Assembly (NCBI GenBank): GCA_964035545.1
Contig: CAXIUT010000272.1
Span: 1 to 40,328 of the forward strand
Direction of reading: 5' to 3'
DNA length: 40,328 nucleotides
Source of the DNA: Bugula neritina
Lineage: Eukaryota; Animalia; Bryozoa
The position numbers and the translations under genes are program-made. Positions 25,328-36,584 of the stretch are shown here, piece by piece (the first letter of the stretch is position 1; every line of letters begins with the position of its first letter). The notes under the pieces are model-generated. The model saw nothing but the letters and a program-made list of their open reading frames with translations. It had not been told where the DNA came from and did no database searches.

Positions 25328-28300
25328 ATGTTAATTCAAAAGATCGTGTTAGTGTGGTGTTTGGGATGGCTGATGGGAGTGGGCGGGTCGCCTAGCCTTA
25401 GCAGCAACTACAACCTCTCCCTCGTCAACCAGTTCGCTACTCTCACTCCATCTCTCTAAGTACCGCTCTACCTACCCAGAAATAGCGACCCTCGCCCTCC
25501 CACTCCCATTCACTAAAAATACAACCTACAATACCACCTGCCTTCCACTCCCAACCTTGATCTCCCAGGTCTCAAGTAGCGCATGGTCCACAATGACTAC
25601 GTCTTAGTTCATGAGCAAGAAGCCCCTACTTCATTATTTTAAGAAAAACATCCTGAAGAATATCACTTACTGTAAAGCAGATAGTTTACAGTCATGCTAA
25701 GTAATCCTTCTGAGATATTTACGATATGCATAAACCAAATCTTCAGTGATTGTGAGTCAATAATCAGAGCTTTGAAGCGACCTCTTCCTCTCTGTATTGA
25801 TCCTTATACCAAATACCCCTTCAATTTTAATCTCTACGTGACTTCTATTAAAAACAGAGAAGTTATCAAATCAGGGATATTTTTTAATGCAACGATCAAG
25901 TACTAAAGATAAATAGTTTTCAATCGATTATGGATGAAATAAGTTAATTTCAAACTAGTCCCTAATCATCTTAAACTAAAAGCTTTTGAACTGAGAAATT
26001 GTAAACAAGACGCAAGTATTATTAGCATTAAAAATCCAGAAAAAGAATAAATAGAGCTGATGATCTAGTATCGCTACAAAAAGTATTACATCAATAATCA
26101 ACCTTTCGATAGCAAAACTTCTGTAGGCCCAGGTAAAGTATTCAGATTTATGATTTAAGGGAGGGATGCTACCATGACTGTCTATACTTATTGCCCCAGT
26201 AACCCTAAAAAAGTATACCCTCCTCTCTACTTACCTCTATACTGTCTAGATCCTCTTACAATCTAACATGTTTCAGTTGGAATTTTATCAGCAAATAACC
26301 TAGCACTAAACTATCCTTTATTTGTAACTAGTCATTCTTCATCTACCATTCAAGTAGAAGAAATATAACTATATTCATCATCTCAGGCAGTATAACTTAT
26401 CAAATCACCTACTGAACGCATATTAGTTCATTCTAACTAAAAGACAGTACAGATAGGATCTTTTATCGTTCGATCAGCCAGATACCCTTCAATAAAAAAT
26501 AATATATCTATTAAGATGCATTATAAAATGCTTAATAGTACTTAGACAGGACAAGTTCAAAAGGTATTTACTTATAGCTAACTTTATGATATTGTCACTT
26601 TAAACAATAATAGATTCTACTAAGTATCAACTCTTAAAGATTCAGAATTAAATTAAGAATAGAAAAAAAATCTTTATAATTACTCCTTTGTAAATAACTT
26701 CCAGATTCCTGTCAGACTGTAACGTCTCCATTTTAACCCTAGATAGTTCAAATTACACTGGTTTGGCTTCTCTGCTTCTTATGTCTTTCCCTCAAAAATA
26801 AAAAATTAAGTCATGCTTTAATACATAGGATCCAAAAACATCTCACTGTCTCCTATTAAATACGCAGCAGTATTTGAACTGACAGGAGGATTCATGATTC
26901 CTTTTGAAACGATGATCTATGATAACACTCTTACTTGTCTCTACCAGGGTAGATAGGACAGATGCAGCAGACTCAAACAAATCAACTTTGGATACCAAAA
27001 AACATAACATAAATCTCAAGTACAAACTATCACAATTAAAAACCTAAATCCAACCAATATCACCCTCACACTCCAACCTTACTCCCCTCCTCATGCCAGC
27101 ATCAAATTATCTCTATCAATAAGTAAACCTTTTCCTGTTTATTCTAACCCAGTTAAACATGTTAACGGTTCAATAGTGATAAGTTTAAGAAGCAGACATT
27201 CAATTAACTTAACATTGAAAGTTATTGTTAACTCTACTGTAGTTGGAGATATGGTGTTAGTGATGTAGACTCCATTTGAAACAATAAAACCCAAAATAAG
27301 ATTCCATTTTGAAACAGGAATTATTACCTTTAATCCATCAACCACCATAGTCCAGTATTCAGACAGAAAATATCAAGGGCTACTCAATCTAACATCAACT
27401 TTTAGAGAACCATACACTATTAAATAAATTATATCAGATTCTAAAAAGTTACACTTTATTTATAATGAATCAGAAGGACAAAAACAACTTATCCCAGTTC
27501 TAATTCCTTTCACTTATGATCCTCAAATAATATTCAATTTGACAGATTCATGTTGCGGGTAAGAGTTTTTGAAAACACATTTCATTGGACCGATGGTTAA
27601 AGGAGAAGAAGATATTGAAGAAAAATATTAAGTAACAGTCATCACTTCTTCAGAAATATAAGCAAAAACACAAATAAAAATATAACCTACACATTCATCT
27701 CTTGTCGCATAAGGAATGACTGAAGAAGCTCCTAAATTACTTCAACTAAAAATGTTGAAAATAAAATCTGGAAGCAACCTCTACATCAATATAACTAACC
27801 CATACTCTTAACCAATGAAATATTCTGTTGCGTTGATGCCTAACATCGTGGTGGCTAAGGCAAAAGACTACTTTACTTATTTAAAGTATGCTAAAAGAGA
27901 AAAAGTTGATACTTATTTTTGTGTAAAAAATCAAGGCAGAAATCAAAACATTATCAATTCGAGTTCTCTAAAACAATTGTTAAGGTTAGATTAAAAACCA
28001 ACTTAGTTATTGCTTCATGGAGGAAAAAGCAACACTTTGGAAAAGACTAATTTGTCAACTAATGACTATCTTTTATCATTTATGTAAACTGGAAAATAAA
28101 CTTGTTTTAAATTTAACAGTGCTCTTTATATTAAACTGCTTATTGAAAGTTAAATCTTAAATGATTTCTTAGATCGTTTTTCTTTTGAAACCACTCAAAA
28201 GTTGTTAGATAGGTAGTATCAATATCTACTTGATAGTAACTTTGCTAACATTTATGATTAATTTTACTCTTCCTTAAGCATCAACTTCTAAAAATATTGT

Positions 28301-29974
28301 AATGTAGCTGTATTTCCTATCTTCCGTTTTTGTCAAAAAATACCTTTACGTTTGGTAACTAAAGACAGTCGTTATTAAAATGTAGCAAAGGGCAAAAGAT
28401 ACCCTCGTGAAGGAAGTTGGCAGAGAGTGCTAGCAAGAGGTAGCTAACAAGTATGTTTCATTCTCAATGGGATAGGAAGCAAATCCTAGCTATCATTTCA
28501 TTTGGCAATTGCTAATAATTATTCAAAATATGATGACTATTCAGTACGTGTTGAAATGGTTGAGCCACAACTTAAAGTAGGTGATATTTCCTTTGAGCAG
28601 GGACATATTATAAATCATACTACCTTTATCAAACACTATTTTTCAGGAATTTATCAAGCACTAGAGCAGAATGATTAAAATCTGTTAAGAATAAATGGAA
28701 TAGCTCAAAAAAATAGTATAGTGCCTCTTTATTTAACAAGTGAAGATTATAATTAAAATTTTGGAGTTTTTGAAGGAAGTAGATTTTTCTAGCTAGTTAA
28801 CTCAGCAACTGTTGATGTTTAGTTTTCTCATTATGGTTTTTAGCATGTCTAAAATTGCATCAACTTTCAAGGAATTAGTATTTAACAAGTAAATAACCCA
28901 GGAAGATAGTTTAAATTAAAAGCTAACAGCAAATCAACCTTCAAGATTCAATTCCATCTTAACAAAAACTTCTATTTGAACATTACTAATCCTTTACTGC
29001 ATCGTTAGCTAACTTTATATTTATACAAGCAAAGCCACTTTAACATCAAACTCCATCTAGTGATAAAAGTAGCCGATAATTTAGTCGCCAAATTAAAGAT
29101 TAAATCTTAAGGAAAAAACTCCAACAATAGTAATCCTATCTTTTATATACTTTTGAACCTTTTTTCATTCGGTTATATTTGTCTTGTTATTTTACAACTT
29201 AAAAAAGAAGAAGAAGAAAAACAAGTAAAAATGGAAATAGCAAAGAAAAAAATAGAACTTATCAATAATTCTCCAAAAAAAATTGAAAATTCAATTTACT
29301 TTGGATCAGCTGAAAGATTAAGAAAGAATGTTAATCTACTGAGACCTACAGCCATTGGAGAAAAGATAGAAGGAGAACCAGATAGAAAACACAAATTATG
29401 TAACAGTATTTCAGAAGAAGATTTATTACAGTTCAGAAATTTAAAGGTTAAAGAAGATAAAAGTTTTGTTATCAGTTAATCTTCAGAAAGTGAACCTATT
29501 CGACTCTCTATTGAATAATCAGAGAGAGTAAAAACTGATTAGGAGTAAAAAAGTCAAAAGAGTCAAAGCAATTCGAGAAGTATTGAGGAAGTTAAGCCTG
29601 AAAATTAAGATCTCAATTCTCTCAAGAGTGAAAACTACAATGAAGAAGATGAAGAAAATTAATCAGACTTTTCAGGATCAGAGCACTCCCTGACAGAAAG
29701 TAATCTTCCTGATGGAATTTCAGTTTGTAATTAGGAACTAGATATTGACTCAAATATGGACTTTTAGTTTGGCTTTGAAAAATAAAAAGAAAAAGAGAAA
29801 GAAAAGGAAAAGCCAAAAATGAAGAAAGAAAAGAAGCAAGAATCCTAAGAAGGAATTGAGTATAAATGGTTCTAAAGTCATAATCCTTTGAAGAAATAAA
29901 AAGATCTTTTCCCTTGGATGACTCAAAATGACAAAAGGAAAAGCAAACATTCTAAGCCTCGTAAAGTTTAGTGA
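25328..29974 (+). CDS. Large type-I membrane protein (~1548 aa), TMEM131-like
   Basis: Signal peptide MLIQKIVLVWCLGWLMGVGG; repeated beta-rich units (VMLSNPS, ITIKNLNP, INITNPY); TM segment near 29140-29200; charged tail; start, internal ORF-track pieces and stop share one frame. Family call is inference. Confidence 0.7.
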
Positions 29975-30027
29975 TTAAACCCCTCAGTAAATCCATTGAA
30001 ACTAAATATCAATATAACTCTATAGAA

Positions 30028-30357
30028 TCATTTCTTTTTTTTACTATCCTCAATCAGTTGTTTAATTTTTTATTTATAAATAGCTACTCTTTCTGTAATA
30101 GCATCTTCTTCTTCTTTTGACAGTTATTTTTGTTTACCAAGTTTTTTCATTCTCTTTTGTCTTTCTTCTTAGACAATTTGTTCAATTTATTAATCTGTTA
30201 ATCCCTACTCTACATTTCCAAGCCATTTTTTCATTAATTTCATACACCATATTGAAAGCAAGTAGCCACTAAGACCAATTATAGTCAATGTAACAAGGGC
30301 AAAAAAAGTTGGAGCTGTCTGAATATAAGAAAATATTTGACTATCAATTTACTCCAT
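30028..30357 (-). CDS. Small single-TM protein, 109 aa
   Basis: Hydrophobic FFALVTLTIIGLSGYLLSIWCM followed by an E/K-rich helix. Confidence 0.75.
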
Positions 30358-30481
30358 GATAAATTACTTTTTGAATTATAAAAATTAAATCGAACAAATC
30401 ATGTCTTCTAAATGATCTTATTTAACAAAGAAAGTGATTCTTGATTTTTTATGTAGTCAGAATATTTAATATTAATTGTGA

Positions 30482-30863
30482 ATGTGGGCAACAAGGTTGT
30501 TCAAGAGTGCTGCAAGTGTGCGTCCAATGGTTTCACTAACAGCTTCTCCTGCACATTTCATGAGTATTGCCAAACCTGTCTTGAAGTACTTGCTGATAGT
30601 TAGATAGTGATTGCACATTCATGAGGATGCAGAGCTTATCTCTGGTACCCAATATGTTTTTGCACAACGTTCGAGAATTGATGGAGAAGATGAGTGAAGG
30701 CTAAGAAGGATCTTCTTTAGCAGAACTCATGGAACTTAGTTTATTGAACCAAAGTAAGCTTAGTCTAGGTATCATTCTTAACCAGGATGATTTAAATTCA
30801 GAATTGGCAATTAATTTAGGCATAGGAATGGATGTACGTATGACTACAACTCCTGATTGTTGA
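30482..30863 (+). CDS. Small protein with mitochondrial presequence-like N-terminus, ~119 aa
   Basis: MWATRLFKSAASVRPMVSLTASPAHF (Arg/Ser-rich, no acidic residues); one inferred 22-nt intron. Confidence 0.6.
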
Positions 30864-31017
30864 ATATATCATCAACACATATTGTCAGAGTAAATCTTTA
30901 AAACATTTTACGACTTTTAATCTCTATTTTATCAATTTCAATTTTAAACTTCAATAAGATATGATGGAATATTTTGTTTTAAAACTTAAATTAAGAAGTA
31001 ATAGAAGGTGATTTTAT

Positions 31018-31092
31018 GAAACAGATCATCACTTTCTTTCAAAGAACTCCCCAAGTTTCAGAAGTCCTCCTCATTTCTCGATCATCTGTTTC
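31018..31092 (-). promoter_or_regulatory. SECIS element in the selenoprotein 3' UTR
   Basis: GAAACAGAT/ATCTGTTTC outer helix; ATGAG...TGAA non-Watson-Crick core; GAGGACTTC/GGAGTTCTT upper stem; apical AAA. Confidence 0.9.
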
Positions 31093-31108
31093 AAGATAAG
31101 CAACATCA

Positions 31109-31363
31109 TCATGCACTTGATTTCAAAGCAGCCAAGATTTCAGCGTGTGCAGCTTCAGTTTCGGCTCTTCCCTTTTCCCATAAGGTCTGGAGTGCTCCTC
31201 CCTTAACCCAGCTTACCTTGATGGTTCCAGTGGTCTTGCCAGCAGAGTGGGTCTTGACTTCCACATTCTCACCATAGTTCTTGGAGATGTAGTCCTTAAG
31301 TCTGGTTGCGGGTCCTCCGTATCCTCATGCTCCACAGTATTCAATATCAATTTGCTTAGACAT
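31109..31363 (-). CDS. SELENOW: Selenoprotein W / Rdx-family selenoprotein, 84 aa, Sec at UGA 31325-31327
   Basis: MSKQIDIEYCGA(TGA)GYGGPA matches the SelW YCGAUGY CxxU motif; frame continues to TGA TGA; SECIS directly downstream. Confidence 0.92.
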
Positions 31364-31731
31364 CAATAAAATTATGAAAATTTGATTTGATTTTTGTACT
31401 TATATTAACTAAGCTACTCACAAAAATTAATTTTATTCATTTACTTGTATTTTATTCAAGGGTTATAATAAAGATCAAATTTGTCTTTAAAATAAAAAAT
31501 ATTTATGAAAAGGTAGATCACTATTAACTTGTTTTAAGCTTGACTCAAATAAAAGTTTTGCTTTTTTATAGTCCTACATGAAAATAAAGACTGTATTTTT
31601 TCTATTAATAGACCCTCTTATACTTCTTTGATGAAATTGTAATCAAAATTACTTATAAAATCATAAAAATCAAGTTATTTTTTGATGATTTTCTATTCGT
31701 ATAAAAATATATTTTATAACTAAAATACTAA

Positions 31732-32961
31732 ATGAATAATAAACAGAAAGACTCTAACTTACTTATTACTTGGATCAACTAATAACGTTCTCATAGAGGT
31801 TTATAAACTAAAATCTATGATTTTTAGCATCTAAAAGAGACTGATTTTCTCTATCAGCTACTAATATCAGTTAGTCCATCTCATTTCAGTGGTCTTAATC
31901 ATCTTAGTTTTGATATAAAAAGTTACCTACCAGCTTTAGAAGAGTATTTGATTGGAGTTGAGGGAAAGAAACTCAAAAGAGCTTATCGAAAAGAGGTACT
32001 TTAGCAATAATCATTGGTATAGATGGTCAAAATAACTTTGTTTTTATTGATTAAAAGTGATAATAAACAAGACTATATTACTCGGATAGTAGAAATGAGC
32101 ACTTAAATACAAGAATACTTGATGTAATAATTACAGGGAGTTCAATAAAAAATGCAAAGTTATGTCTAAATCAAAGAAATATTGTCAGCAGTTTAAAAAT
32201 TAGAATAATAGAATGAAAATTTAAAAGAAAATCTTAAAAATTGTAACTAAATCAATGAAGAACTCAACTAATTTATCATAGAATCTAGTCAGGATAATGC
32301 CAAATTATAAAAATAAATAAGTAAATACCAGTCCTAAAAAAAGCAAGTTTATGAAGAGCTACAAGTTGTTGATATAAAATAGTATGTAGAATTGTTCAAA
32401 AATGTAAAACAATAAAATAACTCACTTGTTGACTATGTTCAAGTTTTAGAAGAGAACAAAAAAGAAATAGAAAATGAAAATCAAACTCTTAAGAACAAGA
32501 TCAATGAAGATTTTGATATGATAGGAGAACTAAATGAACAAATCAGTAGTATTAAATAAAGCTATAATGTTATGAAAGAAGAAATGAGTACTTTATCTGC
32601 AAGTTACGATCAATCAAGTTTTGAGGATAGTGTTCTCAGAGAAAACAAGAATTTTGGAAATGTTAAGCTAAGATGTTCAATTGATACAACTTGTTCTGAT
32701 CGACATTCTCTGATTCTAAATCATTTATTTGATTAGGAATAGAATAACTAAAATGAAAAATTAAGAGCCTATAATCAAGAAATAATGTATAAATTATAGT
32801 CAGCTTACAAAACAATCAGTAATCTTTCAAACTAAGTTACTAATCTTAAAGAAGAAAAAGTTAAAGTATAGAAAAAAAGTAACTTCTTGGAAAAAAAAGT
32901 AGTCAGTCTCAAAAAATAACATAATAGATTTATCAAAGAGATCCAAAATATAGGTTATTGA
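31732..32961 (+). CDS. Hook/Girdin-like protein (N-terminal Hook domain plus coiled coil), 409 aa
   Basis: LLITWIN, FLYQLLISVSPSHF and NKQDYITRIVEMSTEIQEYLMEELQ resemble Hook-domain motifs; long coiled coil follows. Confidence 0.65.
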
Positions 32962-33017
32962 TTGAGTCAAAGAGTTATTGTTAGTATATAATTTTAAAGA
33001 TATTTTCTATCAATGAA

Positions 33018-34427
33018 TCACTTAGTCATACTAGAGACGATGTTACGCTTGTAAAGGGAAGTCTGAGGGCAGTCAATATTAAAGGTAGTTTCCTGACGTT
33101 GATCTAAGGGAACGTAATTGCGAGTTCCGTGTCCGACATAGTGCTGTCTAGGTCTGATGATTTTGTTTTCAGGATCATCAAGGAACTCATTCCAATGAGA
33201 AAGCCAGCCTGCCATTCTTGGAATCATGAACAAAACTGCAAACATGTCAGTTGGGAAGCCCAATGCCTTGTAAATGATACCGCTGTAGAAGTCAACATTT
33301 GGGTAGAGTTTTCTTTAAATGAAGTAGGGATCGCTCAGAGCAATTCTTTCCAGTTCCATAGCAACTTCAATCATTTCTTCTTTGCCTGTGATTTCAAAGA
33401 CTTCATGTGCTACTTTTTTAACTAGAGTTGCTCTGGGGTCATAGTTTTTATACACTCTGTGTCCGAAACCCATAAGCAGTCCTCTCTTATTCTTGACATC
33501 ATCAATAAACTTGGGAATGTTAGATTTTTTACCAATCTGTTCCAACATTCTAAGCACTGCCTCGTTAGCTCCTCCATGTTTAGGTCCATAAAGAGCTCCT
33601 GTAGCTCCAGAAATAGCAGTATAAATATCAACTCCTGATGAAGAAAGATGTCTGACTGCAGCTGTAGAGCAGTTAAGTTCATGTTCAGCATGAAGAATAA
33701 AAAGAATTTCAAGAGCCTTTACCAATTTGGGGTGAGGTTTATAGTTTTCTTCATTGAGTTTGTCCAACATGAAAAGGAAGTTTTCCACATAGCCAAAACT
33801 TTAATGAGGCTTGTTATATTATCTTCCGATTCTGTGTCTGTATGCATTAGCTGCAATGGTTGGAACACTTCCTAGAAGTCTGTATATTTGCTTATTTCTG
33901 ACTTTTTTATCCTTATAGATACTTTCTCCGACTAAACTTGGATTCTGTTCAGGATGAAGAGTTGAAAGAGCAGCAATGGAACTACACAGCATACCCATAG
34001 GGTGAGCATCATATCTGAAAGAGTTCATCATCGAAAGCAAATCTTAATGCACGAAGGTATGTGACATAACTTTACCGGTGAATGAGTTGAGTTCTTTCTG
34101 AGTAGGGAGTTCTCCCCAAATAACTAGATATGCAACTTCTAAGAAGCTACATTTTTAAGCAAGAGCTTCGATAGGATAGCCTCTGTATTCGAGAATTCCT
34201 TTATCTCCATCAATAAAGCTGATAGTGGAGGTGCAAGTGATGGTGTTCATATATCCAGGGTCATAACTTCTGAGAATTTTTCCTTTGTGGCTAAGTTTTG
34301 AAAGGTCATTGGATTTAATGAAGCCTCTGTTAGCATTGAGTTCGGTAGTTTTTCCAGTTCTTGAATCAGTGATACTGATGCTATTTTTCGAAGAGATCTG
34401 GTCTGCCAAGAAGGTCAGTCTGTTCAT
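33018..34427 (-). CDS. Citrate synthase, glyoxysomal/peroxisomal (bacterial-like) type, 469 aa
   Basis: [75 protein letters not shown]; five in-frame TAA; intronless. Confidence 0.97.
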
Positions 34428-34594
34428 CAAGATATTAATATAATTGATGTCATACCTATCATCAATTAAAGTTAATTATCATTTGACATAGAAAAATATC
34501 TTTTCAATAATAAAACTTTTTAAGAAAATTATCAACAATCAAATAGAGCTTCTTTGTTAAATTACTAAGAACTAATAATAATTAGATTTTAGGA

Positions 34595-34876
34595 ATGAGT
34601 ATTTCAGGATCACAGGAAGGATTGAAAAATCGAGTACTTTATCGAATCATACGTTGTCTGGACTGTCTTTAAGTACCAACAAGAGGAGATAATGATCGTA
34701 TCAGTTTGATGAATACTGAATCTTAAATAAACACAGAGATTAAGGTAAAAATCCGTCTTTTAAATAATAAGGGATTTTCTCCTATTTAAATTTGTGAAGA
34801 ACTGAAGTACATTTATGGCAACCATGTGATCTCAAACCACAGAGATAGGTTCAAACGAACATAATTTGATTATTGA
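34595..34876 (+). CDS. Possible small hypothetical protein, 93 aa
   Basis: ATG-TGA open frame only; no recognisable motif. Confidence 0.4.
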
Positions 34877-34990
34877 TTCAGTCATTATTTATGATTTGTC
34901 TTAGATTTAGATAGTTAACTGAGATATTTAATTCGCTAATTAACGTCTTGTATGTAATAAAATATGACTGTTTTGTTAAAATTAATAAAT

Positions 34991-35629
34991 ATGACTTCTA
35001 TAGAAATATAAGCTATCCGAAATTTGGCTGATCTAGAAGATTAGGACGAAAACTATCACTTCTAACCATATAAATCAAGCATTTACACTCAGTTCTAACG
35101 AAATTCACAACAAAAATCTAGACCCAGAACAGTTGACATCAAAAAAAAAACTTTTAATTACAGTCTTAAGAAAAATAATCAACGATAACAACTAAAATTA
35201 CAACTACAAAACCTTGAAGATTACAAAAATGAATCGATTGATAATAAATAAACTAGATTTTCAACATCTCAATCACTACTATGTATGACTTCGAAAACTC
35301 GAAATAAGAAAGCATTCCCAAGTCAACCTGTTAAAAAGCAAAAAAATGACAAATTTGAACATCGAAAAACATTTTTAACAAAGTAAAACATAGTTCCTTA
35401 CTCAAGATATAACCCTTAATAACTCATTAGAGAAGACATTATGAAAAAATTCAAACTCAGAGAGACTCTTAGGTAGACTCAAAAACTTGCAAAAATTACT
35501 AACTTTCTGAAAATGAAGAATACTCCCACACTTAAAAGTCCAGCTTCCATTCTATTTAAGGGTAGTCCTTCTAATGCTTATGTAAAATAAGAGAAATTTA
35601 AGAAAACTTTAAGCAACTTACTTTCATGA
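34991..35629 (+). CDS. Hypothetical basic protein, 212 aa
   Basis: 213-codon frame without internal TGA. Confidence 0.7.
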
Positions 35630-35696
35630 TAGTTTTATTACTTTCTTCAAAATATGTAAGTTAAAATTAATGATAAGAATGATAAATAACAAGATA

Positions 35697-36487
35697 TCAC
35701 TTCTTCTTTTTGACTGGAGCATTAAAGTTAACTTTTGATACAAAGGTATTTCCTTTCACAAAAAATCTCCAAGGCTTGTCTACCCATTATTCTGCATAAT
35801 CAATGTTGACTCGACGACTCACATCAATATCGAAGTCTTTGATACCAGCATCAACAATACAAAATTAGCCTTTTGATAAATCTATACCATTCATCCTATC
35901 TTTTTAGATTGATAAGCTTTGGCCAACTTTTCCTGGTCCATTACACATATCTTCCAACTTGTTGCTTTTGAGGTTTCTTATGCTTTTCATCAAGTCAATT
36001 CCAACTACTGGCTGAACTGCTCTTATTAGAACAGCTTCTGGTTATCCTTCAAGGCCAGCTACTACATTAAGGCATACATTAGTAGGCATATAAATAGTAT
36101 AAATGTAAAGGTATCCTCCATCAAGCCAAAAATACTTTGTCCTTTCTGTTTTTTTATCTACTTTAATCAAAATATACTATTGTAAGCATGACAGGCTTTA
36201 TCAAGAGGTGCCTTATAAGCTTCTGTTTCTACAATTATTGCCTTCATGATTCCTTTAGGGGTTTCTCTTATGAACATTTTTCCAAGTAGACTTCTGGCGA
36301 GATCAACTACTTCCTGCCTATAATATGAGCGATCCAGATATTTTTCATATTTGATATCTTTTGCACTAAAATTAGTGATTTTGGGTTGAGATAAGAGTTT
36401 GCTTAGTTTATTTTATTTATGATTGGCCTTATCCTCCTACTTTTAATCTTTTTCCAGACTGGCTGGTCTTTCTCTTTTTAATTCCAT
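35697..36487 (-). CDS. MPG: 3-methyladenine DNA glycosylase (MPG/AAG family), 256 aa
   Basis: LARSLLGK, IVETEAY, DKACHAY, YIYTIY, CLNVV, AVLIRA, NGPGK, PWRFF; 20-nt intron 36158-36177. Confidence 0.95.
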
Positions 36488-36584
36488 CAAAATATCTTAG
36501 GCGGTAAAGAATAATTATATGCAAAGTAGTCAATTATATTAAAAAAAAGAATCAACAATAGTCTTGGAATAATAATTAAATGTA

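Noticed and set aside
33129-33875. Plus-strand and off-frame ORFs over citrate synthase
   Set aside because: Antisense or alternative-frame shadows of the real CDS
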